The position numbers and the translations under genes were made by a program. Below, one piece after another: positions 22,935-32,000 of a stretch of 32,000 nt of DNA. The notes beneath the pieces were generated by a model. The model was not told the origin of the DNA, did not search any database, and was given only the letters and a program-made list of their open reading frames with translations. The stretch is from Candidatus Methylospira mobilis (GTDB lineage: Bacteria > Pseudomonadota > Gammaproteobacteria > Methylococcales > Methylococcaceae): assembly GCF_009498235.1 (NCBI RefSeq), contig NZ_CP044205.1, positions 1,705,389 through 1,737,388 on the forward strand. The letters are read 5' to 3'. The stretch's first letter is position 1. Each line of letters opens with the position of its first letter.

Positions 22935-24593
22935 ATGGCAGCTACAACTCACGACGATCATCATCTTGGTCATGGTGCGGCGGATCACGGCGATCATCAT
23001 GATCATCACGGACCGGCCAAAGGCATCATGCGCTGGATAACAACGACCAACCATAAGGACATCGGCACGCTTTACCTGGTAACGGCACTGATCATGTTCT
23101 TTGTCGGCGGCGCAATGGCATTGGTGATACGCGCAGAACTTTTTGAACCCGGCATGCAGTATGTGGATCCCGGATTCTTTAATCAGATGACGACGCTGCA
23201 CGCCCTGATCATGGTATTCGGCGCGGTAATGCCGGCATTCGTGGGTATCGCCAACTGGATGATACCGATGATGATCGGCGCGCCGGATATGGCGCTGCCG
23301 CGCATGAACAACTGGAGCTTCTGGATACTGCCGTTTGCGTTTGTGCTGTTGTCCAGCACGCTGTTCATGGATGGCGGCGCGCCGGCCGCCGGCTGGACCC
23401 TGTATCCGCCGCTGGTGTTGCAGGGCGGGGATCATCTGCCGTTTGCGATATTCACCGTGCATTTACTGGGCATGTCTTCGATCATGGGCGCGATCAACAT
23501 CATCGTGACCGTGTTCAATATGCGCGCCCCCGGTATGACCTTGATGAAGCTGCCGCTGTTCGTCTGGACGTGGGTGATCACCGCTTTTTTGTTGATCGCG
23601 GTGATGCCGGTGTTCGCCGGTGCGGTGACGATGTTGCTGACCGACAAATTCTTCGGCACCAGTTTCTTTAATGCTGCAGGCGGCGGCGACCCGGTGTTGT
23701 ACCAGCATTTGTTCTGGTTCTTCGGACACCCGGAAGTTTATATCATGATCCTGCCGTCCTTCGGGGTGATTTCGTCGATTATTCCGACGTTTTCCCGCAA
23801 GCCTTTGTTCGGTTACAGCTCCATGGTTTACGCAACCGCATCAATCGGTCTGCTGTCCTTTATCGTATGGGCGCACCACCAGTACACCGTGGGCCTGCCG
23901 GTAGCGGCTGAGCTGTACTTTACCTACGCGACCATGCTGATCGCGGTGCCGACCGGCGTTAAAGTGTTTAACTGGGTAGCCACCATGTGGCGCGGCGCAA
24001 TGACTTTCGAAACGCCTATGCTGTTCGCGATAGCTTTCGTGGTGCTGTTTACCATGGGTGGATTCACCGGTCTGATGATGTCGATTTCACCGGCGGATCT
24101 GCAGTATCACGATACATATTTTATCGTGGCGCACTTCCACTACGTGCTGGTTCCGGGCGCTGTCTTCGCGTTGATCGCCGGCACCTACTACTGGCTGCCG
24201 AAGTGGACGGGACACATGTACAATGAAAAACTGGGCCAGCTGCATTTCTGGCTGTCCACCATTTCGGTTAATGTCCTGTTCTTCCCGCAGCACTTTCTGG
24301 GGTTGGCCGGCATGCCGCGCCGTATCCCCGACTATGCGGTTCAGTTTGCCGAGTTTAACGCCATGTCGAGCGTCGGCGCGTTCATCTTTGGTTTCTCCCA
24401 GTTGATTTTCGCCTACGTCGTGTACGAGTGCATCAAAAAGCGTGGAGAAAAGGCAACGGCCGAGGTATGGGAAGGCGCGCGCGAACATGGGCTCGAATGG
24501 CATCTGCCGTCGCCTCCGCCGTACCACACCTGGTCGGATGCGCCGCCTGGCATAGAGCTTATTGACGAAGCAACTCATACTGTGCATCAGTAA
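22935..24593 (+). CDS. ctaD: Cytochrome c oxidase subunit I
   Basis: 552 aa, polytopic, with WFFGHPEVYI and other canonical haem-copper oxidase subunit I blocks. Confidence 0.95.
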   Translation: MAATTHDDHHLGHGAADHGDHHDHHGPAKGIMRWITTTNHKDIGTLYLVTALIMFFVGGAMALVIRAELFEPGMQYVDPGFFNQMTTLHALIMVFGAVMPAFVGIANWMIPMMIGAPDMALPRMNNWSFWILPFAFVLLSSTLFMDGGAPAAGWTLYPPLVLQGGDHLPFAIFTVHLLGMSSIMGAINIIVTVFNMRAPGMTLMKLPLFVWTWVITAFLLIAVMPVFAGAVTMLLTDKFFGTSFFNAAGGGDPVLYQHLFWFFGHPEVYIMILPSFGVISSIIPTFSRKPLFGYSSMVYATASIGLLSFIVWAHHQYTVGLPVAAELYFTYATMLIAVPTGVKVFNWVATMWRGAMTFETPMLFAIAFVVLFTMGGFTGLMMSISPADLQYHDTYFIVAHFHYVLVPGAVFALIAGTYYWLPKWTGHMYNEKLGQLHFWLSTISVNVLFFPQHFLGLAGMPRRIPDYAVQFAEFNAMSSVGAFIFGFSQLIFAYVVYECIKKRGEKATAEVWEGAREHGLEWHLPSPPPYHTWSDAPPGIELIDEATHTVHQ

Positions 24594-24607
24594 GCCGGTG
24601 CAGCAGA

Positions 24608-24718
24608 GTGCAAATAAAAAAAAAGAATATGATACTGGCGGGAGCGATCGCCTTGTTTGCCGCAGCGCTGTATGTGTTCGCGATTATGCAGGTGGTCCTG
24701 TCAAAGCCGGGAGGGTAA
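24608..24718 (+). CDS. Small single-TM membrane protein between ctaD and ctaG (candidate oxidase small assembly protein)
   Basis: Not in the ORF track because it is too short. GTG 24608 gives (M)QIKKKNMILAGAIALFAAALYVFAIMQVVLSKPGG, 36 aa. An in-frame ATG at 24629 gives 29 aa. It has a basic N-terminus followed by one hydrophobic helix. Its TAA at 24716-24718 lies 4 nt before the ctaG ATG, and the ctaG RBS GGAGGG sits inside its last codons. Confidence 0.5.
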   Translation: MQIKKKNMILAGAIALFAAALYVFAIMQVVLSKPGG

Positions 24719-24722
24719 GGCG

Positions 24723-25256
24723 ATGACGCAGCTACAAAACAAGTCTCACACGAGACTGGTAATCGGCATCGCGCTGGTCGCGCTGCTGATGTTCGGGCTG
24801 GGTTTCGCCATTGCTCCGCTGTACGATTCGATATGCAAGTACTTTGGCATCAGCGGACGAGTCAAGGAAGCGACAGCGGAAGTGGCCTACAATATCGACC
24901 TCAAACGCGAAATTACGCTGGGTTTCGTAACTGTGGTAAACGGGAAAATGCCATTGGAGTTCAGACCTGCGGTAAACAGGCTGGTTGTTCATCCGGGGCA
25001 ATATTACACGGTGGATTTTTACGCGCGGAATTTAAGCGATAAACCGCTGGTGGGGCAGGCGATAGCGAGTATCAGTCCGGTATGGGCTGCGGAATATCTG
25101 AAAAAGACGGAATGCTTTTGTTTTACGGATCAGCGCTTCGAACCGCATCAGGAAAGAAAGATGCCGGTACGGCTTGTGGTAGAACCGGCTGTAGCGGCGG
25201 ATACCAGGGATATGACGCTGTCGTATACTTTTTTTGATATTACAAATAAAAAATAA
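24723..25256 (+). CDS. ctaG: Cytochrome c oxidase assembly protein CtaG/Cox11
   Basis: Track ORF trimmed to ATG 24723, with GGAGGG at 24709-24714. It has one N-terminal TM and the Cox11 copper-binding CFCF motif. Confidence 0.9.
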   Translation: MTQLQNKSHTRLVIGIALVALLMFGLGFAIAPLYDSICKYFGISGRVKEATAEVAYNIDLKREITLGFVTVVNGKMPLEFRPAVNRLVVHPGQYYTVDFYARNLSDKPLVGQAIASISPVWAAEYLKKTECFCFTDQRFEPHQERKMPVRLVVEPAVAADTRDMTLSYTFFDITNKK

Positions 25257-25282
25257 TCCAATTGCAAATGTAGGTAATCATC

Positions 25283-26149
25283 ATGGCAACGAAACACGCG
25301 TATTACGTTCCGCATGAGGCGAAATGGCCGATTGTGGGCTCCATTGGATTGACAACCCTGATGGTTGGGTTCGCCAATCTTGTGAATGGCTCCAGTGTGG
25401 GGTCTACCATGATGGTGCTGGGTGCAATCATTATGGTGATCATGCTGTTCGGCTGGTTTGGAACAGTGATTTCGGAAAGCGTGGCAGGATCTTACAGTCA
25501 TCAGGTAGATGTCTCGTTTCGTATGGGAATGATGTGGTTTATCTTTTCCGAAGTGATGTTTTTCTCGGCATTTTTCGGCGCCTTGTACTACACGCGAATT
25601 TATTCTATTCCATGGCTGGCCGGCGGGCTGGATTATTCGAATGGCGCTACTCACGAGTTATGGACCCATTTCAAGAACGTATGGCCAACTAATGGACCCG
25701 GTGAAGTGGGCGGTCACTTCGAGCCGATGGGCGCATGGGGCATTCCATTTCTCAATACATTGATACTGTTGAGCAGTGGTGGAACCGTCACCTGGGCGCA
25801 TTGGGGGTTGTTGGACAACAACCGTCCGCAATTGATCAAGGGCTTGGCGGCTACGGTAGTGCTGGGTTTCAGCTTCGTTGCCTTGCAGGCCGTTGAGTAC
25901 CATGAAGCGTATACCGAGATGGGGCTGACTCTGGGTTCCGGCATCTATGGATCCACATTCTTTATGTTGACCGGCTTCCATGGTTTGCATGTAACCATTG
26001 GCGCAATTTTCCTGACGGTAGTCCTGCTGCGCAGCATCAAGGGCCATTTTTCAGAGCACAATCATTTTGCGTTCGAAGCTGCTGCCTGGTACTGGCACTT
26101 TGTAGACGTGGTCTGGTTGGGGTTGTTCATCTTCGTGTACTGGTTATAA
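25283..26149 (+). CDS. ctaE: Cytochrome c oxidase subunit III
   Basis: 288 aa, 7-TM-like, with typical Cox3 blocks (FFGALYYTR, TGFHGLHVTIG, WYWHFVDVVW). Confidence 0.93.
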   Translation: MATKHAYYVPHEAKWPIVGSIGLTTLMVGFANLVNGSSVGSTMMVLGAIIMVIMLFGWFGTVISESVAGSYSHQVDVSFRMGMMWFIFSEVMFFSAFFGALYYTRIYSIPWLAGGLDYSNGATHELWTHFKNVWPTNGPGEVGGHFEPMGAWGIPFLNTLILLSSGGTVTWAHWGLLDNNRPQLIKGLAATVVLGFSFVALQAVEYHEAYTEMGLTLGSGIYGSTFFMLTGFHGLHVTIGAIFLTVVLLRSIKGHFSEHNHFAFEAAAWYWHFVDVVWLGLFIFVYWL

Positions 26150-26171
26150 CGCTCAACTACTCGTTCCCGAT

Positions 26172-26201
26172 AAAAAACGCCGCACCCGTGCGGCGTTTTT
26201 T
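26172..26201 (+). terminator. Rho-independent terminator after ctaE
   Basis: AAAAAA-CGCCGCA-cccg-TGCGGCG-TTTTTT: a GC-rich 7-bp stem, a tetraloop, and flanking A and T runs, so potentially bidirectional. Confidence 0.8.
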
Positions 26202-26247
26202 ATGTCGCATGCCAACTTTACAAATAGCAATACCCGACTAACTGCTC

Positions 26248-27744
26248 GTGTCTAATCCGATAAAAAAGCTGGCCGGTCAAACCGCGCTATACGGTATAAG
26301 TACCATCGTCGGCAGGATGCTGAATTATCTGCTGGTGCCGCTTTATACCTACCAGTTTTCGCGCCCGGACGATTTCGGCGTTATTACCGAGTTTTATGCC
26401 TATATCGCCTTTCTCAATATCGTATTGATCTATGGCATGGAAACGGCGCTTTTCAACTTTTCGGTGCGCCGTGATGATGGACGACTGGTATACAGCACGG
26501 CTTTATTGTCGCTGTGGCTTACCACGGCGTTGTTTCTTGCAATTTCTCTGTGGCAATCATCAGCGCTTGCTGAATTGCTGGGTTATCGCTCAAATCCGCA
26601 ATATGTGATTTGGACCGCCTGGATACTTGCGCTGGACAGCATCGCGGCTCTGCCTTTCGCGGCATTGAGGCAGCAACAGCGCGCCGGTCGTTTCGCCTTG
26701 CTGAAAACGATAAATATTCTGGTTAACGTAGCGGCAAACGTTTTCCTGATCGGGATTTGCAAATGGGCGTATGAATCCGGTCAGCAAGACGGGTTATTGG
26801 GGTGGGCTGCGACGGTTTACCGGCCGGATATTGGTATCGGCTATGTTTTTGTGGCCAATTTGATTGCCAGTGCGCTGACCCTGATCATGCTGTTGCCTGA
26901 TTTATGGGTGCGGCTGCGATTTGATCCAGCTTTATGGCACAAAATGCTGGCTTATGCACTGCCGTTGATGCTGGCGGGCTTGGCTGGCATGGTAAACGAC
27001 ATGCTGGGCCGAATACTGCTCAAGCATTTGTCTCCCGGCGAAAATGCATTGGAACAACTGGGAGTCTATGGCGCCTGTTATAAAATGTCGGTTCTGATGA
27101 TTATTTTTATCCAGGCTTTCCGTTATGCAGCTGAGCCGTTTTTTTTCGCGTACTACAAACAGCAGGACAGTCGAATCTTGTATGCGGTCGTTATGAACTG
27201 GTTTGTGATTGCTTGTTCGATCATCCTGCTGGCGGTGATGATGAACATCAGTTGGATACAATATTTTATCGGTGCAAACTATCGTTCGGGTATCGATGTG
27301 GTGCCGGTATTGTTGCTTGCCAATCTTTGTCTGGGCGTGTTTTTTAATTTTTCGATCTGGTACAAATTGACGCAAAAAACCTACTTTGGAGCCTATTTGA
27401 CGTTCTGGGGGGCGGGAGTTACTGTGCTTTTAAACTTCTTATGGGTGCCGTGGCTGGGCTACATGGGTTCTGCTTGGGCAACGCTGATATGTTATGCCAG
27501 CATGGCCTTGCTATCGGCCCTGCTAGGGCAGCATTACTATGTCATACCTTACGATTACCGGCGGATTTTAGGCTACCCTCTGCTTGCCGTTATCCTGATT
27601 TTGGCAGTAGAACGCATCAGCGCTTATACGCAGTATACCCGGTTGGAAGATATCCTTATCCATAATGCCGTGTTGCTGATGTTTGTTTTTTGCATATTTA
27701 TTGTTGAAAAGTTTGGGGCCGGACGGGCTTTCTTGCGGGTTTGA
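26248..27744 (+). CDS. MOP-superfamily oligosaccharide/polysaccharide flippase (Wzx/RfbX-like)
   Basis: 498 aa, highly hydrophobic with about 12-14 predicted helices by eye. The N-terminal block LYGISTIVGRMLNYLLVPLYTYQF...YGMETALFNF is typical of polysaccharide-biosynthesis flippases. GTG start. Confidence 0.7.
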   Translation: MSNPIKKLAGQTALYGISTIVGRMLNYLLVPLYTYQFSRPDDFGVITEFYAYIAFLNIVLIYGMETALFNFSVRRDDGRLVYSTALLSLWLTTALFLAISLWQSSALAELLGYRSNPQYVIWTAWILALDSIAALPFAALRQQQRAGRFALLKTINILVNVAANVFLIGICKWAYESGQQDGLLGWAATVYRPDIGIGYVFVANLIASALTLIMLLPDLWVRLRFDPALWHKMLAYALPLMLAGLAGMVNDMLGRILLKHLSPGENALEQLGVYGACYKMSVLMIIFIQAFRYAAEPFFFAYYKQQDSRILYAVVMNWFVIACSIILLAVMMNISWIQYFIGANYRSGIDVVPVLLLANLCLGVFFNFSIWYKLTQKTYFGAYLTFWGAGVTVLLNFLWVPWLGYMGSAWATLICYASMALLSALLGQHYYVIPYDYRRILGYPLLAVILILAVERISAYTQYTRLEDILIHNAVLLMFVFCIFIVEKFGAGRAFLRV

Positions 27745-27811
27745 GTGCAGCGGTCTTGGAACCTTTCTGTTTGATGGGAGGCGAATTGGCATTTTTTTTA
27801 ATTTGACACTG

Positions 27812-27820
27812 TGCTAGAAT
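27812..27820 (+). promoter_or_regulatory. Candidate extended -10 promoter (TGCTAGAAT) upstream of thrS
   Basis: TGnTAGAAT at 27812-27820 follows a T-rich tract, about 95 nt upstream of the thrS ATG. The TTGACA at 27803-27808 is too close to serve as its -35. Confidence 0.3.
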
Positions 27821-27914
27821 ACTTCGTTTAGCGTATGTAGATGGTTGCGCGATGCCGCGATGATACGGTTTTGCATGTAACCTGGGTGCTAAGGTTTTTT
27901 CGGATAAATACAGA

Positions 27915-29834
27915 ATGTTGGTCGTTACGCTTCCTGATGGTTCCCAGCGTGAGTACGGTAGCGCTGTTACATTGCTGGACGTTGCCGGGTCTATCGGTTC
28001 CGGGCTGGCAAAGGCTGCGCTTGCCGGTAAGGTGGATGGGAAGCTGGTCGATCTTTCCTATCGCATAGAGGCCGATGCCGATGTAGTCATTGTAACCGGT
28101 CGCGATCCGGAAGGTTTGGAGATAGTTCGCCACTCGTGTGCTCATTTGCTGGCTCAGGCTGTGAAAAGTCTTTACCCATCCGCCCAGGTTACGATAGGTC
28201 CGGTGATTGAAAACGGTTTCTACTACGATTTCGCCTATGAGCGGCCTTTTACACCGGAAGATCTGGCGAATATTGAAAAGAAAATGGCCGAGCTGGCTGC
28301 GAGCGACCTGCCGGTAAACCGCCATGTCATGATGCGTGACGAGGCGGTCACTTATTTTCAGAGCCTGGGCGAGCGTTATAAAGCCGAAATTATTGAAGAT
28401 ATTCCTCCCGGAGAGGAACTGTCCCTTTATACGCAGGGCGGATTCACCGATCTGTGTCGGGGGCCTCATGTGCCCAGCACCGGCAGGTTGAAAGTGTTCA
28501 AATTGATGAAGGTTGCCGGCGCGTATTGGCGTGGCGATGCGCGCAACGACATGCTGCAGCGCATATACGGTACGGCCTGGATAAACCAGGCTGATTTAAA
28601 AGAATATCTGCATAAGCTCGAAGAAGCGGACAGGCGGGATCATCGCAAGATCGGCAAGGCCCTGAATCTTTTTCATGTGCAGGAAGAAGCGCCGGGCATG
28701 GTGTTCTGGCACCCGGCGGGCTGGGTGATTTGGCAGGTGCTTGAGCAATACATGCGGCAGGTGTTCCTCGATAACGGTTATCAAGAGATAAAAACACCGT
28801 TGATTGTCGGACGTGCATTATGGGAAAAATCCGGGCATTGGGAAAAATTTCAGGATGAAATGTTTACCACCAGTTCGGAGGAGCGCGATTTTGCAATCAA
28901 GCCGATGAATTGCCCGTGCCATGTGCAGGTTTACAATCAGGGTTTGAAAAGCTATAGGGATTTGCCGTTGCGTCTGGCCGAATTCGGTTCCTGCCACCGC
29001 AACGAACTTTCCGGTGCATTACATGGCATCATGCGTGTCCGCGGCTTTACACAGGACGACGCGCATATATTTTGCACTGAAGATCAAATTCAGGATGAGG
29101 TGGTTCGCTTTATCGATTTGCTGCAGCGTGTATATACCGATTTCGGATTTACCGAGATTTTGCTTAAACTCTCAACCCGTCCGGAAAAAAGAGTGGGGTC
29201 GGATGAGGTTTGGGACAAGGCTGAAGCCGCGTTGCAGTCGGCGCTGGATAGCAAAGGCTTGGTGTGGGAGCTGCAACCGGGCGAAGGCGCATTTTACGGT
29301 CCCAAGATAGAGTTTTCGCTCAAGGATTGTATTGGGCGCGTATGGCAATGCGGCACCGTACAGGTTGATTTCTCGATGCCGGAGCGTTTGGACGCAGTAT
29401 ATGTTGCGGATGACAGCAGTAAAAAGACTCCGGTTATGTTGCATCGTGCGATATTGGGTTCCATGGAGCGTTTCATAGGAATATTGATCGAACACTACGC
29501 CGGTTTCTTCCCGCTCTGGCTGGCGCCGGTACAGATAGCTGCGTTGAGCATCACCGATGCGCAGGCAGGGTATGTTGAAAAAGTAGCCGCTGAGTTGCGC
29601 AGTCATGGGCTCAGGGTTGCAACCGACTTGAGAAACGAGAAGATAGGCTTTAAAATTCGAGAACATACAATGCGGCATGTGCCTTACCTGCTTGTTATCG
29701 GCGAAAGAGAAGCCGAAACGGGTACGGTGGCATTGCGCACTCAAAAAGGTGTCGATCTGGGCGGTTTCGATGTGTCCGGTTTGATAAACAAGTTGGTTGC
29801 AGAGGTAGCGGCTCGGTCAGCCGCAATTTTGTAG
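27915..29834 (+). CDS. thrS: Threonine--tRNA ligase
   Basis: 639 aa. It has an N-terminal TGS domain ([11 protein letters not shown]), the editing-domain HSCAHLL motif, a class II core ([28 protein letters not shown]) and an anticodon-binding C-terminus. Confidence 0.96.
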   Translation: MLVVTLPDGSQREYGSAVTLLDVAGSIGSGLAKAALAGKVDGKLVDLSYRIEADADVVIVTGRDPEGLEIVRHSCAHLLAQAVKSLYPSAQVTIGPVIENGFYYDFAYERPFTPEDLANIEKKMAELAASDLPVNRHVMMRDEAVTYFQSLGERYKAEIIEDIPPGEELSLYTQGGFTDLCRGPHVPSTGRLKVFKLMKVAGAYWRGDARNDMLQRIYGTAWINQADLKEYLHKLEEADRRDHRKIGKALNLFHVQEEAPGMVFWHPAGWVIWQVLEQYMRQVFLDNGYQEIKTPLIVGRALWEKSGHWEKFQDEMFTTSSEERDFAIKPMNCPCHVQVYNQGLKSYRDLPLRLAEFGSCHRNELSGALHGIMRVRGFTQDDAHIFCTEDQIQDEVVRFIDLLQRVYTDFGFTEILLKLSTRPEKRVGSDEVWDKAEAALQSALDSKGLVWELQPGEGAFYGPKIEFSLKDCIGRVWQCGTVQVDFSMPERLDAVYVADDSSKKTPVMLHRAILGSMERFIGILIEHYAGFFPLWLAPVQIAALSITDAQAGYVEKVAAELRSHGLRVATDLRNEKIGFKIREHTMRHVPYLLVIGEREAETGTVALRTQKGVDLGGFDVSGLINKLVAEVAARSAAIL

Positions 29835-29844
29835 GAGTAGGGTC

Positions 29845-30375
29845 ATAACTGCGAACGATAGAAAAGAGCCTCGGCTGAACGAGGAGATCACTTATCCTCA
29901 GGTCAGGCTGATAGGTGCGGGTGGAGAGCAGGTAGGCGTAGTTTCGAGCCGCGAGGCAAGATATATCGCCGCCGAAGCGGAGCTGGATCTGGTGGAAATA
30001 TCGCCTACAGCCGTACCTCCGGTGTGCCGGGTGATGGATTACGGTAAATACCGCTTTGAGCAAAGCAAGAAACTGCAGGCTGCAAAAAAGAAGCAGAAAC
30101 TGATACACATCAAGGAAGTGAAGTTCAGGCCGGGTACCGACGACGGTGATTATCATATCAAGGTGCGCAATCTGTCGCGTTTTCTTCAGGATGGCGACAA
30201 GGCCAAGGTCACGGTCAGGTTTCGCGGTCGCGAATTGTCTCACCGCGAACTGGGGATGGATTTGCTGAAGAGAATAGAAACGGATCTGCTGGAACATGCG
30301 ACCGTTGAACAGTTTCCGAAACTCGAGGGCAAGCAGTTGAGTATGACGCTTGCTCCGAAAAAGAAAAAGACATAA
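29845..30375 (+). CDS. infC: Translation initiation factor IF-3, predicted non-canonical ATA start
   Basis: The track shows only the C-terminal 127 aa from an internal GTG at 29992. The same frame is open upstream and reads [54 protein letters not shown], collinear with the E. coli IF3 N-domain. There is no ATG/GTG/TTG in that stretch. ATA 29845 has AGGAG at 29833-29837 with a 7-nt spacer. Confidence 0.85.
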   Translation: MTANDRKEPRLNEEITYPQVRLIGAGGEQVGVVSSREARYIAAEAELDLVEISPTAVPPVCRVMDYGKYRFEQSKKLQAAKKKQKLIHIKEVKFRPGTDDGDYHIKVRNLSRFLQDGDKAKVTVRFRGRELSHRELGMDLLKRIETDLLEHATVEQFPKLEGKQLSMTLAPKKKKT

Positions 30376-30392
30376 CGATTGGAGTTGTAACA

Positions 30393-30590
30393 ATGCCAAA
30401 AATTAAAACAAATCGCGGAGCGGCCAAACGTTTCCGCAAGACCGCTTCGGGCGGATTCAAATGCAGTCATTCTCATCGCCGTCATATTCTTACCAAGAAA
30501 ACGACGAAACGTAAGAGGCAGTTGCGTAATACCGGCGCTATTCATGCCTCCGATGTGAAGAGCGCTACCCGGTTGCTGCCCTACGTTTGA
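30393..30590 (+). CDS. rpmI: 50S ribosomal protein L35
   Basis: 65 aa: [23 protein letters not shown]... Confidence 0.95.
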   Translation: MPKIKTNRGAAKRFRKTASGGFKCSHSHRRHILTKKTTKRKRQLRNTGAIHASDVKSATRLLPYV

Positions 30591-30652
30591 TTGTTGCGCC
30601 AGCCCCATGGGTTTTTAACAGGATCGGATTTTAGTGTAGAGGAGGGGTAATC

Positions 30653-31003
30653 ATGCCCAGAGTTAAACGTGGCGTAACCGCGCACGCCAGACATAAAAAG
30701 GTTTTAAAGCTGGCCAAGGGCTATTATGGCGCCCGCAGCCGTGTTTATCGCGTAGCCAAGCAGGCCGTCATCAAGGCAGGTCAATATGCTTATCGTGACC
30801 GCCGTCAGAGGAAGCGTCAATTTCGTGCATTGTGGATTGCGCGCATCAATGCCGCAGCCCGCGAATGCGGCCTGTCCTATAGCCGGTTCATCGACGGGCT
30901 GAAAAAGGCGGCTATCGATCTGGATCGCAAGGTTCTGGCTGATATGGCGGTCTATGACAAGGACGCTTTCGCCGCGCTGGTTAAGCTGGTCAAGCCGGTC
31001 TGA
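30653..31003 (+). CDS. rplT: 50S ribosomal protein L20
   Basis: 116 aa: [39 protein letters not shown]... Confidence 0.96.
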   Translation: MPRVKRGVTAHARHKKVLKLAKGYYGARSRVYRVAKQAVIKAGQYAYRDRRQRKRQFRALWIARINAAARECGLSYSRFIDGLKKAAIDLDRKVLADMAVYDKDAFAALVKLVKPV

Positions 31004-31069
31004 TTTCGCGGAAAACCGTCATTGCTGCTGCGTGCGCCAGTCGTGCGCGCGGTAGATTTCAGGGTTAGA

Positions 31070-31108
31070 GGGTGCGATCGGCTACCGATTGGCACCCGTT
31101 TCTTTCTT
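31070..31108 (+). terminator. Terminator/attenuator-like hairpin between rplT and pheS
   Basis: GGGTGC-g-ATCGG-cta-CCGAT-tg-GCACCC (11 bp paired) followed by GTTTCTTTCTT. It ends 24 nt before the pheS GTG. Confidence 0.6.
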
Positions 31109-31110
31109 GA

Positions 31111-32000
<890 letters not shown>

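Noticed and set aside
22286-25654. Several 160-240-aa minus-strand ORFs (22286-22900, 22749-23462, 24087-24587, 25148-25654)
   Set aside because: All are antisense to coxB, ctaD, ctaG or ctaE. Their His/Arg/Gln-rich composition mirrors the sense-strand codons, and none has an independent signal.
27803-27808. Perfect TTGACA upstream of thrS
   Set aside because: The only good -10-like hexamer (TAGAAT, 27815-27820) is 6 nt away, far too close. With a 17-nt spacer the -10 would be GTTTAG. I therefore do not call it a -35 element.
27828-30399. Minus-strand ORFs 27828-28469, 29172-29744 and 29695-30399
   Set aside because: They are antisense to thrS and infC, with no motifs. They are shadow ORFs.

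Overview
This looks like a proteobacterial chromosomal segment, probably beta- or gamma-proteobacterial judging only from gene order. Most of it is housekeeping. tsaB (partial), def and an nfsA-like gene lie on the minus strand at the left edge. comF sits divergent from a bioB-bioF-bioH-bioC-bioD operon (17.0-21.5 kb). An aa3-type cytochrome c oxidase operon, coxB-ctaD-(unlisted small ORF)-ctaG-ctaE, spans 21.8-26.1 kb. thrS-infC-rpmI-rplT-pheS runs from 27.9 kb to the right edge. The variable part is 1.7-16.3 kb. It holds a PrpA-like Ser/Thr phosphatase, and a SYLF-like lipoprotein next to a Ca-binding-repeat protein. It also holds a complete 1238-bp IS5-family element with imperfect terminal inverted repeats flanked by TTAA. 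Next come a 1534-aa CheB-CheR-PAS-GGDEF-EAL signalling protein and a Crp/Fnr-like regulator. After that is a decaying LysR-linked redox cluster: intact pirin, internally deleted doxX, and an azoR pseudogene with three in-frame stops. Last is a low-GC GT-B glycosyltransferase just downstream of comF. I saw no rRNA, tRNA or CRISPR array. I do not see a clear novel multi-gene system and there are no defence-island hallmarks. The best candidate for undescribed biology is the CheB-CheR-GGDEF-EAL protein. Its internal 7 x 21-nt NEEL heptad repeat resembles MCP methylation helices, so it could be a built-in substrate for the fused methyltransferase and methylesterase. The adjacent Crp-like regulator could be a c-di-GMP effector. 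All family and domain calls come from reading the translations and recalling motifs; no database search was run. Several ORF-track starts were re-assigned. tsaB and pheS are missing from the track because they run off the window, and infC is truncated in the track because it starts at a non-canonical ATA codon.
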